From contig OZ245011.1 of the NCBI GenBank assembly GCA_965223665.1, positions 192,001-256,000 on the forward strand: a DNA stretch of 64,000 nucleotides, written 5' to 3'. This document shows, one piece after another, positions 63,314 to 64,000 of the stretch (position 1 is the stretch's first letter; every line of letters begins with the position of its first letter). The notes under the pieces were generated by a model. The model was not told where the DNA came from, searched no databases, and saw only the letters and a list, made by a program, of their open reading frames with translations. This stretch comes from Nitrospinaceae bacterium. GTDB lineage: Bacteria > Nitrospinota > Nitrospinia > Nitrospinales > Nitrospinaceae. Both the position numbers and the translations under genes were made by a program.

Positions 63314-64000
63314 TTAACTTGTTTGCCGAAGAGGTTCATTTCGTTTTTCTCCATGTTTTATCTCTGGGATCAACATTAAGGTGGCCACTATCATTAGACC
63401 AAAGGAAATGAGGCCAATATTTACGGTTCCTATTCGGTCAACCATCCAGAAACCTATCATTGGGCCAATGGTTCCTCGGACACCAGTTAGAAAAACATGC
63501 ACGGACATATAAGCTGTTACTTTTCCTGGGGGAGCATACTTCGTTACCCATAGGCCCCAAGCAACTGTTCCCCCTCCAAAAGCAATACCGATTAATGCAG
63601 CACCAATCCCAATAACCCATGGAGTTTTGGTAAGGAAGAATAACCCAATTCCCAGTGCGAAAATTATGTTTATTATCATCCTGAGTTTTATGAAATTAAT
63701 TCTGTCAAATAACCTGGCTAAAATAGGTGCAGAAATTGCTCGCATTGAATCTGGAATAATAGTGATAATAAGTGCCACAAACATTGCTGAACCTTCAATA
63801 CCATAGTGACTGGAAGTTATATAATCTACTCTCAAGGGCAAAACCCAAAGATTGGCAAAACCCATAATGAACCAGGTTAATAGCACATATCCAAAGGACC
63901 GGTCTTCAAAAAGTAGCTTTAAATTACCTAGAGGATTTTTGTGATCCCCATCCTCAATAACCTTTGAGGGCATTTTATAAATTGCAAACCCCTTTCCAAG
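63314..64000 (-). CDS. MFS-type transporter (C-terminal half, truncated by window)
   Basis: Six TM segments, LFDR motif; frame open to the window end. Confidence 0.7.
   Translation of the reverse strand, partial: LGKGFAIYKMPSKVIEDGDHKNPLGNLKLLFEDRSFGYVLLTWFIMGFANLWVLPLRVDYITSSHYGIEGSAMFVALIITIIPDSMRAISAPILARLFDRINFIKLRMIINIIFALGIGLFFLTKTPWVIGIGAALIGIAFGGGTVAWGLWVTKYAPPGKVTAYMSVHVFLTGVRGTIGPMIGFWMVDRIGTVNIGLISFGLMIVATLMLIPEIKHGEKRNEPLRQTS

Overview
AT-rich bacterial chromosomal segment, mostly core genes. I found no rRNA, tRNA, CRISPR array, transposase or phage genes. The gene content suggests a Nitrospinota/Nitrospirota-type nitrite oxidiser (inference): a CydA-like oxidase with three cytochrome c genes, a CCG-type succinate dehydrogenase/fumarate reductase, and polar-flagellum genes. 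In order: partial 5-oxoprolinase; DUF1844/YkgJ/Zn-dehydrogenase cluster; TatT/DctP pair; two large secreted proteins (FG-GAP propeller; M12-like metalloprotease) carrying six related DNRLRE-type modules; oleC-like ligase; hda; two HtrA proteases and ligA; DEAD-box helicase; sdhAB plus CCG subunit and SLC13 transporter; gcvPB; Trm112; a PAP2-heptosyltransferase fusion; hisD; the bd-like oxidase cluster; rpoZ; ltaE; porin-amtB; fliLMNOPQR-flhBAFG-fliA; a very low-GC MBOAT/SGNH-like cassette; lipid A acyltransferase; acpS; tsaC; partial MFS transporter. Most noteworthy: the shared, GC-mosaic C-terminal module on two unrelated secreted proteins, six tandem signal-peptidase-like pentapeptides on the oxidase subunit, the PAP2-GT9 fusion, and a readable sigma54/enhancer architecture around amtB and the flagellar genes. 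All family calls come from motif recognition by eye, not database searches.
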